Source: Macrostomum lignano (lineage: Eukaryota). Taken from it: a stretch of DNA of 64,000 bases. Positions 23,820 through 37,343 of the stretch are shown here, piece by piece. Position numbers and translations under genes: made by a program. Positions within the stretch are counted from its first letter, which is position 1, and every line of letters begins with the position of its first letter. Below the pieces are notes generated by a model that saw nothing but the letters and a program-made list of their open reading frames with translations, ran no database searches and had not been told where the DNA came from. The stretch spans positions 62,001 to 126,000 of the forward strand of contig NIVC01002933.1 in assembly GCA_002269645.1 (NCBI GenBank), in the 5' to 3' direction.

Positions 23820-26800
23820 TCAAAATGCAGTCTGATGAAATGCGTTCGCAGCAAGCCAAGGAAGCTCCAGAGAGAAGGCGTTCCCGCCAGCATCCCCGAC
23901 AAGCAGCAGAGGCCGGTCGGTGGCTGTGAGGTGCAGCCCCAGGGTGGTCACCTCGTGGCCGTGCTCGAAGTGAGCAACCTGAGTGGCAGGGGCGGGTTAG
24001 AAATTGGCGAGAAGTTTGATTAGAAGCGAAACGAAAAATGACTGCACGATGCCTGACCTCAGCCAGCTGATTGACCCCGCTCTGCATGCGCCAAACGCTG
24101 ACTTTCCCTTGAGCAGAGGCCGTGGCCAGGAGCGGCAGGGCGCCCGTGAGGTCGCTCGTCAGCAGGCTGATGGCTCGTATCGGCCGGGTGTGGCACTGCG
24201 GAAAGGGAGACAAATCGCAGGGAGATCGGGGTGAGTTCGGTGTGAGATCAGGGTGAAACCGGGGTGAGATCGGGGTGAGATCGAGGTGAGATCGGTGTGA
24301 GATCGGGATGAAATCGGGGTGAGATCGGGGTGAGATCGTGATGAGATCGGGGTGAGATCGGGGTGAGATCGGGGTGAGATCGGGGTGAGATCGGGATGAG
24401 ATCGGGGTGAGATCGGGGTGAGTTCGGTGTGAGATCAGGGTGAAACCGGGGTGAGATCGGGGTGAGATCGAGGTGAGATCAGTGTGAGATCGGGATGAAA
24501 TCGGGGTGAGATCGTGATGAAATCGGGATGAGATCGGGGTGAGATCGGGGTGAGATCGGGGTGAGATCGGGGTGAGATCGGGGTGAGATCGGGGTGAGAT
24601 CGGGGTGAGATCAGGGTGAGATCGGTGTGAGATCGGGGTGAGATCAAGGTGAAACCGGGGTGAGATCGGGGTGAGATCGGGGTGAGATCGGGGTGAGATC
24701 GGGATGAGATCGGGGTGAGACCGGGGTGAGATCGGGGTGAGATCGGGGTGAGATCGGGGTGAGACCGGGGTGAGATCGGGGTGAGACCGGGGTGAGATCG
24801 GGGTGAGATCGGGTGAAACCGGGGTGAGATCGGGGTGAAACCGGGGTGAGATCGGGGTGAGATCGAGGTGAGATCGGTGTGAGATCGGGATGAAATCGGG
24901 GTGAGATCGGGGTGAGATCGTGATGAGATCGGGGTGAGATCGGGGTGAGATCGGTGTGAGATAGGATGAGATCGAGGTGAGATCGTGGTGAGATCGGGGT
25001 GAGATCTGGGTGAGATCGGGGTGAGATCTTGTGGAGGTTCTGGGTGAATTTGGTGAGAAATGGAAAACATCCTCAGTTTCAGAATTGAACTTCAGCCTGC
25101 AGCAACTTGAAACAATAATTTTAGGTTAGAAATTCAGACATCAGATATTAAAAAGAAACGATTCACCATAAAACCCGTCAAGACGGGATGAATTTTGGCA
25201 TCGGAGCCGAGTTTAACGATGGAGATCCGATTGCGACTTTGACACCGAAACGCCACAATGGCAACTCCGGGACCGCAGCCTGCAGCGCACGCCTGAATCA
25301 CTGGAGAAGCATCCGCCGCCATCTCGTCGAAGCACTGGAAGGTTCGCCAGCCGCTGACAGCCATCCTGCCGTCCTGAGCCGTGTGCAGCTGAGCGGAGCG
25401 GAGCACAGGGCTACTGAGCTGGCGGGCCAGCAGCCACCCGGGCTCCAGAATCCGCAAAAACATCGGCGGGCCAGCCAGAGGGTCGAAACCGGTGAGCCCA
25501 ACCAGCGGCTGAAGACCTCCTTCGGCTGGCACCAGTGCGAGGCTTCTATCGGTGAGAGCGACAATGGCCTGAGCAGATTCGGGAACTGCGCACATGACCG
25601 CCACAGGTGAGTTGCTTTGAAGCAGCTCCGCCTCTCCAGTGCTCAAAAGGTGCTCCAGCTCAGCATCAGTGTCGCACAGATACCCCTCCGGGCACCGGAG
25701 TCGCACGAGTCCATTCAGATTCTCCCAGCCGGCCAACAGAATGTCAGATGCCGGAGACACCAGACAGATGATTGGACCCCAACTCGCAGGGGCCCGGACT
25801 CGACTCTGGAGACGCATTGAGTCGAGGTGCCACAGCACCGCGATTCCGTCCGCGCCTCCCGAAACAAAAATCTGATGCCCGTCTAGAGAGCAGGCAGACG
25901 TGACTCGGCCAGCATGACCCCGACTGAAAACCAGCTCGGACAGCAGCTGATTAGGCCCGCTCAGTATTCGGACAGGCGAGTCGGCAGCAATGGGGTTGCA
26001 AATTGGCTAAAAATGTGGAATGAGTTTAGTGACAGGACTTTCGACTAAGTGAATAAAGGTGCGAATGAATATACGCAAAGTCGCTCACATTCTGCAACTG
26101 CAGAGCTCCACCCAACGAATACGGCCTGTGAAGGAACGATGAAGAGCTCATCGGCGATTCTAGCGGATCTTGGCCGGGGTCTCGGGGCACCGAGGTCAGT
26201 TGTGCGTCGTGTCGGCTTCGGTCGCCAACAGGAACGTCCATGGCCTGCCGTCGGCCACTGAAAACAGCTGACCAGTGATGAAGAGCAAACTGCTAGCATG
26301 CTGAGTAGCAGTACATAAAATTTGTCTCAATAATAGAATCCATTGACCCTACACCATACTGACATACCAGAATTCGAATGAGCTATCGCTGCTTTGAGTT
26401 TCGAGTCCATGAGCTCAAGGTGAGAGTCCATGCTTTCCCTGTAGTGCCTCTCCAGATCGGACCTGCGCACCATCGCCCTGCAGCCCAGGTGAGAGTACTT
26501 GCACTCTACCGGTCTCTCGGGACACTCCGACAGGTGAGCAACATATCCCCGCCTGTCCATCGGTGTGCTCCGCTCCGAGCAGTGAGGACAGCGAGCTGAG
26601 AATCTCGGACAGCACACATCGGACTGCAGATTCCTGTGACTGGTCTCCATCTCGCTGTGTGTGACCAGCTGAGAGCACAGGTCGCAGGTCTCCTTCCTGT
26701 GGCGACACTCGCTGCTGGTGTGTCGCTGCATGTCCTTCTTCAGGATGAGCTCTTTGCACTGCTCACAGCGGAGTGAGTGCCAGTCGCAGCTCTGTTGCAC

Positions 26801-27178
26801 ATGCTGGTCCATGCGAGCCCATTCGAGTTGGACAGAGCAGCCGGCGTCGCAGTTCGGACAGCGGACTCGCAGCTTGGCGACCTCGCGTCTCGTCGCCATG
26901 TCGGGAAAGCAGGTAGCCCAGCTCACCTCGACCTCGCCGCCGCCGCCGCCGTCCTCCTCCGAGTGGTGGTCTCTGAGTGTGCAGGCCTCGGTGTGTCCGG
27001 GACAGGGCCGCTTCTCCACCTCGTGCAGCAGGCCGGTGACGCAGGCCTGGCACAGGCGGCACCCATGCGGAGTCTGTCGGGCGTTGAAGAGCGGCTTGGA
27101 GCAGCTGCTGCACTGCAGGTGAGCCGACAGATCGGAGACCGGCCGGGCGGCCGACACAGTCGAGGGCAGCTCGGACAT
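23820..27178 (-). CDS. TRAF-like copy 5 fused to WD40 repeats (chimera B). Exons 27178-26368, 26267-26089, 26006-25167, 24195-24058, 23978-23820; 708 aa, intact
   Basis: Exon lengths 811+179+840+138+159 = 2127 nt with no internal stop found; GT-AG introns. WD40 motifs SRGHAGRVTSA..FVSGGADGIAVLWH, CHTRPIRAI..LATASAQGKVSVWR and LLVGDAGGNA. Exon boundaries are homologous to chimera A. Confidence 0.8.
24221..25027. repeat. 11-bp satellite (GAGATCGGGGT)n inside intron 3 of chimera B
   Basis: Tandem units between the donor at 25166 and the acceptor at 24196. Confidence 0.95.
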
Positions 27179-28726
27179 GGCGGTTGAAGCAGTGAACTGC
27201 AAGTTCTTTCTGTTCCTTGCTAAGCCTTATATAGGCATTTTCTAGTTTAGAGGGTCAATTGCTTTACAAGGTTCTACCTGAGCTCTACAATACTCCCTAC
27301 GGATTTCAACTGCACTGCAGTTTACTTCTGAATAGGCTTTTTTATAGCGCGTAGTTGCTTCCTTGTTAAAGGCGGCTCATGCTGCTTCTATTTTTAGGCG
27401 TTATGATTTAAGGTACTGGTTTATTACTCAATTTTGCCAGTATGTCTGTTTGGTTTCTTCTCGTGAAGTTTTCTGAAAGTTCAGACTTTTTATTTATGAA
27501 TAATTTTATCTATTAAAAATAAAAAAAACTTTATGCTTAGGGGTAGTACATTTTCGAAACCAAATTACTTCTCCTTAGCCAAATGATATTGCGACGTCAC
27601 TCCTATGAGCAGACACAAAACACCGCATCGGTGTATTGCTATCATACTCGTATGGCTATAGAAAATCAAGTTTTTTGACTGTCTATAGCATCAGTTTCTA
27701 CCAACGTAATAATAATTCCTCCCCAGTCTCACAGTCTCCATGAAGCTGCAGTAAAGAGCATGGTAGCCTTTGTTCTAGATCGCTAAGTACGAGTATACAG
27801 TATTTAGGAGCGCGCCGGATCCATATACTAAAAATTCAATCTAAAATGCATTCTGCTTGGTGCACTGCCTACAAAACAACCTGGATCGAGCCGTGTGCTA
27901 TTTTTATCACGGCGTGTGATCTATTTTTGGAAACATCAAACACAACTCTAATAAATAATAAATAACATAATAAAACATACATAATAAATAGAACATAATA
28001 AATAAACTGCAATGATTTTGTCTGATTGTCAAAAGCGTCGCAGCAGTTTTTGGGAGACGGCTACTCGTTGCCTCCTCTTCTGGCTGTCATCCAGATGATG
28101 CAGCACCCACCAATCGCTCAGTGACCCTCTGTAGACCCAGGTTCTCTGTAAGAATGCTGTATGATGCTGTATGAAGGAATTCCGCTGAGTTCTGCCATTT
28201 CGATTTCCAGTAGACCACAGATGAGCTCGATTTTGCTCTTGGTCCCCACTTTCCGGGGCCTCCCAGATCTCGGCTCGTCCAGGGTCGAAGTGCAGCCGCT
28301 CTTGAAGCGGTCGTACCGCTTGTACTCAGCTCACTGGCACGCTGCATTCTTGCCGGTGGACTTGCACAGCCGAAGTTTCTTGCAACCATTCACTTTTTAT
28401 TTGACACCGTCTTGGCTTCAGCTTCTTGCTTGGCTTCCTACAGATCCATTTATTCAAACAGCAGTTTGATCTTGAATAATGGAAATACGAGCGTATATTT
28501 TAGACGATTTTACATTTTTGTCTACTTCCCACTGGTCCTCCCCACCTCCGCGCCATCCTCCGCCGCACGCCATGTGGTTTTTAACCTCTCTTCTTTTCAG
28601 CCTTGGCCTTGGTGCTGCGTTCCATTGTTTGGAATTTTATCTGAATGTTTACAACTTATTGAAAAATTTTCCTTTAGAAACTGGAGTCGGCTCGGGTGCC
28701 TGAACTTGAAGGCAGAGAATTTGACG

Positions 28727-29179
28727 AGCTACAGAGGGGGCGCCAGCTACAGAGGGGGCGCCAGCTACAGAGGGGGCGCCAGCTACAGAGGGGGCGCCAG
28801 CTACAGAGGGGGCGCCAGCTACAGAGGGGGCGCCAGCTACAGAGGGGGCGCCAGCTACAGAGGGGGCGCCAGCTACAGAGGGGGCGCCAGCTACAGAGGG
28901 GGCGCCAGCTACAGAGGGGGCGCCAGCTACAGAGGGGGCGCCAGCTACAGAGGGGGCGCCAGCTACAGAGGGGGCGCCAGCTACAGAGGGGGCGCCAGCT
29001 ACAGAGGAGGGCGCCAGCTACAGAGGGGGCGCCAGCTACAGAGGGGGCGCCAGCTACAGAGGGGGCGCCAGCTACAGAGGGGGCGCCAGCTACAGAGGGG
29101 GCGCCAGCTACAGAGTGGGCGCCAGCTACAGAGGGGGCGCCAGCTACAGAGGGGGCGCCAGCTACAGAGGGGGCGCCAG
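28727..29179. repeat. 18-bp minisatellite (AGCTACAGAGGGGGCGCC) x~25
   Basis: Nearly perfect tandem units. Confidence 0.97.
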
Positions 29180-30723
29180 TTCATAAGGGTGTCTCCGCAG
29201 ACTGAGATGTCGCTGACCTGTTGTCAGCACTGCTGAGAGTGAGAGCTGCTGCACCTGCCTAGGGACGTACGACTCTGATGATAGTAGTATTCATATCATT
29301 TTAGCGGTGTTTGCTATTTGGTCAAAATAGTCATTGACCATTTTGATGACTAATGCTTGTACATATGTTTGCCCAAAATGACATATGTTCTATTTTTAGA
29401 CAATTCACAAAAGCAAAGTACGAGCGTAATATAATAATTCACATAGTTTTCTTTTCATTTCTTTCACGTGGTCTTTTTTCTCTCTGCACCCATTATTTAA
29501 GCCAAGTGTTGCTCTTACGTTTGACATTGAAAAACTCGCTTGCTGTTTAAAAGAATCCTGCGGCTGTTTGGGTTGGCAGAAGATCGACTCTTTTAAATTT
29601 CAACATTCATAGTTTTATAATCAATCGTAGTTTAGAAACAAAGCAGTTTGTGATTAAAGTCACAATAATCTTAATCAGGTAACTGACTAGAATTAGGCTA
29701 TAAATTTTATCTATCAATTGCTCGCGAGTCTCATGTACGACGTACTCGCTTCATTTTTGAGTAAAGAAATACACTGCAGTTTGGGAAGTTCCTTCAGTGA
29801 AACGGTGAAACTTGATTTCTTTGCCTAAATGAGCTTGGTTGGCTTTTTAATTTTTTCGATGCCAATAGTTTTATTATTCAATGTCTTTATTTTATATACT
29901 TTTTTATCTTTTATGCCGCGAAACTGCGGACTTTTGTGTCTTGGATTTAACTAGGTTAATTGGAACAGAAACGACACTTTGTTAAAGTATTTAGAATTTT
30001 TATTAAGCAATTTATAATAGTTGTTGTCAGCTGCCAGAACAGCAGAGGTCACAGCAGCCTTTCGGCCCTTTCGGCTCTCTTTTAGGCTTCTAAAATCCTG
30101 ACTCACTGACAGGTATCAACTTTGTTGCCATATCAATAGGAAATCATCTTCACCTGCCTCCAGGAGAAGTTCATAAAGATTTTGCAGTAGCTCTTGAGGA
30201 TCTCCGCTTCTTCTTAGTCGATTTATTGTGCCATCTTGCGATACCCGACGGTTGAGCAGCTGCGTCCAGCTTCTCAGCATAAGCCTTCATCTCACAGTTT
30301 TAATTAGTTGTAGCTAGCCCCGATTTTGCAACTTCGAAACTGTTAGATAGAGATTATTAAATTCCCACAAGACGCTGCAATATTTCGTATTCAGCACAAA
30401 AACGATAGTGTGACAAATTTTTAACTCCTTAAAAATCAATTACGTTTTTTGTTGGATGAAGTCTGGTGAAAACGGCAAAAATTTTATGAATATTTGATAT
30501 AATGGCATGACACTAGTAACAGGCCAAGTTTACCTACACGAATTTCTAAAAAAAATTGTGCCAAAACGAGTCATGAGCAAGCTTTCGTGTTTCATGGACT
30601 CGGCACGCAGCTAAAAAGGAGCATTGCAGCGTTTGATGACAAAAAACAGAGCCACACCCTTTCACAAAAACGCCTAAAGTTTTTAAAAGAAGACTTCTCA
30701 CTTTTCAGCAGAACACATGCGTC

Positions 30724-31969
30724 ATGTCAGAACTTCCACAGCGAGTGTCGGGAGCCCGGCCGGTCTCCGATCTGCCGGCTCACCTGCAGTGCAGCAGCTG
30801 CTCCAAGCCGCTCTTCAACGCCCGACAGACTCCGCACGGGTGCCGCCTGTGCCAGGCCTGCGTCACCGGCCTGCTGCACGAGGTGGAGAAGCGGCCCTGT
30901 CCCGGACACACCGAGGCCTGCACACTCAGAGACCACCACTCGGAGGAGGACGTCGGCGGCGGCGGCGAGGTCGAGGTCGAGGTGAGCCGGGCTACCTGCT
31001 TTCCCGACATGGCGACGAGACGCGAGGTCGCCAAGCTGCGAGTCCGCTGTCCGAACTGCGACGCCGGCTGCTCTGTCCAACTCGAATGGGCTCGCATGGA
31101 CCAGCATGTGCAACAGAGCTGCGACTGGCACTCACTCCGCTGTGAGCAGTGCAAAGAGCTCATCCTGAAGAAGGACATGCAGCGACACACCAGCAGCGAG
31201 TGTCGCCACAGGAAGGAGACCTGCGACCTGTGCTCTCAGCTGGTCACACACAGCGAGATGGAGACCAGTCACAGGAATCTGCAGTCCGATGTGTGCTGTC
31301 CGAGATTCTCAGCTCGCTGTCCTCACTGCTCGGAGCGGAGCACACCGATGGACAGGCGGGGATATGTTGCTCACCTGTCGGAGTGTCCCGAGAGACCGGT
31401 AGAGTGCAAGTACTCTCACCTGGGCTGCAGGGCGATGGTGCGCAGGTCCGATCTGGAGAGGCACTACAGGGAAAGCATGGACTCTCACCTTGAGCTCATG
31501 GACTCAAAACTCAAGCAGGCAGCTGCTGTTCCGTCGAATTCTGGTAAGCTTTTCTGTTGATTAATAGCAAAGATCAATGTGCGCCAATACATTAAGGTGG
31601 TTGGATGCGAATGTTTTGTAGGCCGCTATTGCAATAATGTTTAATTGTTCATTTCCAGCAGCTGCGGTCCCGCAGTCCTCCGCCGGTGCCGCACCTCCCG
31701 CCCCCACAGCTGCCGACGGTCGCGAGGTGGCCGACGTGAAGCGGCGAGTCGGCAGCGTCTTCGAGCAGTTCAAGAAGCTGCAGGTCAACGTGGCGAACTG
31801 GGCTCACAGCACCATGGAGCTCGAGCAGATGGCTGACAGGTTCGGAGGCGTCTCGCAGCTGCGGACTCTGCTGAGCGGCATGGACGAGCGGACGAGGAGC
31901 GTCGAGCAGCTCCAGCAGCAGGTGCAGCAGCTCCAGCAGCAGGTGCAGCAGCTGCAACAGCGGGCTTGA
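30724..31969 (+). CDS. TRAF-like copy 6: RING + ZF + coiled coil. Exons 30724-31543 and 31659-31969, 376 aa
   Basis: G|GTAAGC donor, ATTTCCAG acceptor, in-frame coiled-coil exon. Confidence 0.9.
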
Positions 31970-32315
31970 TGGTTAAAATGCTTTAATCAGGAAAAATTAT
32001 GCATTCAACTGCTTTAATTGTAATCGGCCAGCATAGATGTGATGTTTATAATGTAAATCTGCCTTTCGCGATTATTATTCAGAAGGAAATGTGATTTTTT
32101 CCAGCAAATTGGGTCAATATCAATATTGGGTCGGATTTCAAGTTTTGATTGTTGAATAACCTGTTTAAAATTTTAAGCAGTTTTAAAACGCTTTCCTAAC
32201 TTCGTTGACAGAACATTTTTGTGCAATTGGTATCAACTATTAAACAAATTTTGTGCCCGACTCTAAAGTCCGTGCTGACCGCTGCAGTATATTCTGACTT
32301 TTTACTAACCTTCCA

Positions 32316-32700
32316 GTCGGCCTGCACTGAGGTCTCTCCAGTGTGCACTGCCCACCTACATTGTAAGTCGGCACTGAGGTCTCTCCAGTGTGCACTGCCC
32401 ACCTACATTGTAAGTCGGCACTGAGGTCTCTCCAGTGTGCACTGCCCACCTACATTGTAAGTCGGCACTGAGGTCTCCAGTGTGCACTGCCCACCTACAT
32501 TGTAAGTCGGCACTGAGGTCTCCAGTGTGCACTGCCCACCTACATTGTAAGTCGGCACTGAGGTCTCCAGTGTGCACTGCCCACCTACATTGTAAGTCGG
32601 CACTGAGGTCTCCAGTGTGCACTGCCCACCTACATTGTAAGTCGGCACTGAGGTCTCCAGTGTGCACTGCCCACCTACAGTGTAAGTCTGTCTGAAGTCT
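32316..32700. repeat. 45/47-bp minisatellite, ~8 copies
   Basis: GTCGGCACTGAGGTCTCCAGTGTGCACTGCCCACCTACATTGTAA tandem units. Confidence 0.95.
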
Positions 32701-33139
32701 CTTCACTGCATTCCAAGTGCAGTCACGTTAATTTGAGACTAAATTGGAATATCGGCTTGGCTCTGCTCGTTAAATTAAGGTCCTTGATGGCCAACCCCCA
32801 AGGCACAGTGAAGTGTACATGCCTAACAATAAATAAAGTGAGACTCCTGTGCGAGTGTGTGTCTGTGCGAATGACTGCCTGCTCAGGGGTCGGCGGAATG
32901 GGCAGTAATGCCTCTCTCACCGGCTGTGTCTGTTTAAAAAATGGCTCATTTCTCTATGTCCAGTTAATTAGCAATGTGCGTCCCCCACCCGTTTGGGAGG
33001 CAAAAAAGAAAGAAATATAAATATGTGAATAAACTGCAAGTAGGTTTTGACCTTGTACAATTAACATTTGCTATTATTATTTTCTAAAGGAAAATTATGT
33101 TTTAAGCAAAAAGCATACGCTCTGAAATCCAGCTATCTT

Positions 33140-34115
33140 AGGCTTCTGAGCATGAACCTTGACATCTCAGCAACTCTCCCGATGAGCCACAAAATTTTAA
33201 TAGTACCTCCATGAGCATTGAGATCTCAGCAATTTCCCACTTGAACATTGATATTTCAGCAGTTCTCACTGACCCACAGAATTTCAGAGATTTCCCCATG
33301 AAGCCTTGACGTCTTGTAGCAATTCCCCCCACGAGCCTTGACATCCTAGCATCCCCCCACAAGCCTTGACATCCTAGCATCCCCCCACGAGCCTTGACAT
33401 CCTAGCATCCCCCCACGAGCCTTGACATCCTAGCATCCCCCCACGAGCCTTGACATCCTAGCATCCCCCCACGAGTCTTGACATCCTAGCATCCCCCACG
33501 AGTCTTGACATCTTAGCATCCCCCCACGAGCCTTGACGTATTGTAGCAATTCCCCCCCCCACGAGCCTTGACATCGTAGCATCCCCCACGAGTTTTGACA
33601 TCCTAGCATCCCCCCACGAGCCTTGACATCTTAGCATCCCCCCACGAGCCTTGACGTATTGTAGCAATTCCCCTCCACGAGCCTTGACATCGTAGCATCC
33701 CCCCACGAGTCTTGACATTCTAGCATCCCCCCACGAGTCTTGACATTCTAGCATCCCCCACGAGTCTTGACATCTTAGCATCCCCCCCACGAGCCTTGAC
33801 ATCTTAGCATCCCCCCACGAACCTTGACATCTTAGCATCTCGCCATGAGCCTTGACATCTTAGCATCTCGCCATGAGCCTTGACATCTTAGCATCTCGCC
33901 ACGAGCCTTGACATCTTAGCATCCCCCCACGAACCTTGACATCTTAGCATCTCGCCATGAGCCTTGACATCTTAGCATCTCGCCATGAGCCTTGACATCT
34001 TAGCATCTCGCCATGAGCCTTGACATCTTAGCATCTCGCCATGAGCCTTGACATCTTTGCACCCACCCATGAGCCTTGACATCTTTGCACCCACCCATGA
34101 GCCTTGACATCTTAG
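33140..34115. repeat. ~28-bp minisatellite (GAGCCTTGACATC(C/T)TAGCATC...) with a positional gradient of variants
   Basis: Tandem units; degenerate units at the 5' end. Confidence 0.92.
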
Positions 34116-35113
34116 AACCCTAAACCTAGCCCAAACCCTGCCGAGAGTGATAGAATTTCAGCAACAGCCGCCAGGAAATGGAGATCGGAAAATTTCTGAT
34201 CGAACGGGGCAAGTTTTATGAAATTTTGTTGAGCCGTTTTTCTCTGAAATCAATCACATACCTACCTATATACCCAGATAGATAGAGAAAACTCATTTTA
34301 GTATACCGGTTATGTTAAGGCTAATCACATTTATATGTAGACTTTAAACCTTTTTTATCATCCATTAAAAGTGTGGCCCAGTGAATGTTTACGCTCGTAT
34401 TGCATTATCTTCTGCTTAAGTAGTCCTTGCTATTAATACTATTTTATTTTATGATTACTCATTACTGTTCCCCACTCTCATCTTAAAAAAGCGATTTGTC
34501 GGCCAGCTACTCAGACGAGCCGCTCATTCTAAATTTTTATTTAGAATGAGCAGCTTCATGCCTTCAGGCCTCGCCTGAAATGAGGCCTTCAGGCCTCGCC
34601 CAGAACTGAAAAAAACACAGCTCACTTGTCCTGTTTATCTGGCACACGAAGCTTCACTCGTGGCGGGGTTCTGAGATTCTAAAAATAGAACTTGCGTTTC
34701 CAGACAGGCAATTTGACTGAAATGAATTGAATGTACACTGCATGTGTGGGACTGACAAGTACATGTATACTGGGTACGTGTTGGAGTGTACATTTGGAAC
34801 AGGACGTATCTTATTTCCCTACCCACACGTACAATATAAGCTAGACTTATAATAAGCAAGATATTTGTGATGTTCAAATTAATGGAATTTTCCACAACTA
34901 GCAGACATTTCCGTCACGTGAATTTTAGTCATAAAAAGCATGATTGCTCTTTATTAATTCTGTCAGTATAGAAAAGAGCTGAAAAAAGCCGAGACTGGCT
35001 CGCATTGTTCACTAACAAGTGAACCTAAAGTAAATGCGACATCAGCCAAGTGAATTCCTGCGACAGCTTATCACAAAAGCAGGGTTTTATCCAGCGGCAC
35101 CTCCAACTCATTG

Positions 35114-35869
35114 ATGGTCAGAAGCTTCCAGAACACCCAGCAGTCCTGGTGGGTCCCAGTCGGTCGCATCTCCAGCCAGGCTGAGGCCCTGTCCCAGGCT
35201 CAGCTGTTTGAGGCCCGTCATCCGGGACTAAAGTACACTGGCAGCTGGAACTCCGCCCCGAACTCAAAGCTCTGCTCCATCGAGGTCGCCTCCGCGGGGT
35301 CAATTATTGTCTCTCTGGGCGCCACCTCCAGCCGCAGAGATGCGCAAGACAAGGCTGAAGCCTTCATCGCAAAGCATCCCTACCTGAAGTGGACAGCCAG
35401 CTGCTCAGAGCTCGGCTGGCTCCAGAACTTCCAGATTGTGGTCGAAGCTTTCCTGCCCACCGAGTGGCACATGAAGGAAGGCACAGTTGGGATCTGCCTA
35501 CCAGTGACCACCAGCCTGCGGCTGAGGAACCTGACCTCCGAGAAGGTGACCAGGATTACTGCAAGGGGCTTGGAGCCCAGCGACTGGGGCCAGCGGCGGC
35601 CCTGCCTCCAGTTCTCCGACGGGCATATCGCCGAGCGAGGCGTCCTGGAGAAGGAGCTGGACGTGAACTTCTGGAGCCACACGGCCAAGCTGGCGGTCTG
35701 GCTCGGCTTCCAGAGCGGCCGCTACCTGCAGTTCCAGGTGAACAGCCGGCTGGCCATCGACAGCTCGGCGAAAAATCATTGGAAATTCTCCTCTGGAGCT
35801 GGCCTGTCGGTTTACCACAAGGTGGAACCCGGAGCCCGCCTGCTAGAGGTGGTCGTGTGCGACTCATGA
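35114..35869 (+). CDS. Intronless protein: two MVL-like (mannan-binding lectin) repeats + ~130-aa beta-rich C-terminal domain (paralogue 1)
   Basis: Repeats VPVGRISSQAEA...HPGLKYTGSW...CSIEV and VSLGATSSRRDA...HPYLKWTASC resemble Microcystis viridis lectin (GPLWSNAEA...FTGQW...VVEV). Collinear with 40818-41585. Family call is by eye. Confidence 0.7.
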   Translation: MVRSFQNTQQSWWVPVGRISSQAEALSQAQLFEARHPGLKYTGSWNSAPNSKLCSIEVASAGSIIVSLGATSSRRDAQDKAEAFIAKHPYLKWTASCSELGWLQNFQIVVEAFLPTEWHMKEGTVGICLPVTTSLRLRNLTSEKVTRITARGLEPSDWGQRRPCLQFSDGHIAERGVLEKELDVNFWSHTAKLAVWLGFQSGRYLQFQVNSRLAIDSSAKNHWKFSSGAGLSVYHKVEPGARLLEVVVCDS

Positions 35870-36937
35870 CGCCGCACCGCTCAAAGACGCGCGGCACTTC
35901 TTGTACAAATGTTAAATAGGAGCGTAAATTGCCTGACAACTGACTTATTATAGTGTACGATTGATTTTATAATTTGTAAACAACGCTAAGCATACAATCA
36001 AAATACTTGACATTGTATTGTACTGTACAGAACAAAAATAGAAACGAAAATACACCTGAGAGCCATGTTTTTGCCACGGTCGCAGCTCTCTACCGCACGG
36101 ATTTTCCATGGAAAAAACTTTGGTTATTGTACAGTTCCAACAAATCATGTGACAGAAATGTCTATTTTAAGCAGCCGCCAGCCAGAGCAGCCAGGCCAGG
36201 CGGACTGCGACCTGAAGTTGGCTGCCGAGCTCGAACTCAACTCAAGCAGGAAGCAAGTGCGTGGCTTCTCTGTTATAATCATACTTCAGTATTTGCTGAA
36301 AGGGATAAAAAATTAAGCTCAGCATCGCCCACTGCACCTGCGCTCCCATCGCCCACCCTGCCAGCCCCGGGTCTCCAGGTTGAAAGCAGCCCCAACAGAA
36401 AGTACATCTGCGGGAAATTTCATGAATAATCGCTGGAGGGTTTGGGCTACACTCGCAAATCACAATAAGGGCTGATGAAGGATGCAGGAGGGCTGTGGGG
36501 CACCCTGTTGCAACGCTCTCGGCGGCATCGCCTGCACAACCCAACCAGCGCTGAGGACATTCTGCCCATTCCGCAGACTCCCAAGCAAATACAAGCGCGC
36601 CAATACCACACACAGGCACGCACTCGTGCACTCAGCTCACACAGGGTGTAGCGTGTACCGGGTGTACATCGTTGGCTGGCCCTCATAAGTACCTCGTATG
36701 AATTGCATGACAATAACTCGAGAGGAATCGAACCAGGGGTCGTGACACGAATCAGACGCGTTTAATGCTGAGCTGCTCTGTCTGATACCTGAACTGAGCG
36801 AATAACTGATGACAGAGAGCTCAAATTTTATCCTTTAGCCGGCACAGAAACTCGCCATTTGCAGTGAAATATCGACAGAAAGGAAAACTCAGGTAAAGTT
36901 GCTCGCTTGGCAAGTATGATGAATAGGAAGGCAAAAA

Positions 36938-37343
36938 TCAACAATAAATTAATTTAATTGAACTACGCGTTTCGCACGATACTGTGCATCTTCAGGTTTA
37001 TTTTTGAGCGAAAGAAACGAGTGAGATCGGCAGTAAATAAATACAAAATTTCGGGGTGCAAATTCAATCAATATTTTTGAATTTGTTCTCCGTGTGTTCT
37101 GAGGGAGGGGACACTGTATGTACATTATGTACTTCAAACTATATCGCTATCATTCCGTCCCTGGACTTTTCCTCTCGACTTTTGGACCAACAAACATGTA
37201 CTTCAAATATTGATTGAATTTGCACCCCGAAATTTTGTATTTGTTTACTGCCGATCTCACTCGTTTCTTTCGCTAAAAAATAAACCTGAAGATGCACAGT
37301 ATCGTGCAAAACGCGTAGTTCAATTGAATTAATTTAATGTTGA
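36938..37343. repeat. Fold-back / MITE-like inverted repeat, arms ~135 bp (36938-37076 and 37204-37343)
   Basis: GAACTACGCGTTT..GATACTGTGCATCTTCAGG..CGGGGTGCAAATTCAATCAATA recurs in reverse complement; no clear TSD. Confidence 0.8.

Noticed and set aside
23820-27178. Naming the RING-ZF-WD40 genes TRAF7 (or the others TRAF6)
   Set aside because: Architecture alone does not establish orthology. The head is shared with the non-WD40 copies, so gene symbols were left empty.
32316-32700. Regular repeats resembling a CRISPR array
   Set aside because: Units are contiguous with no unique spacers, the context is eukaryotic, and there are no cas genes. No CRISPR anywhere in the window.
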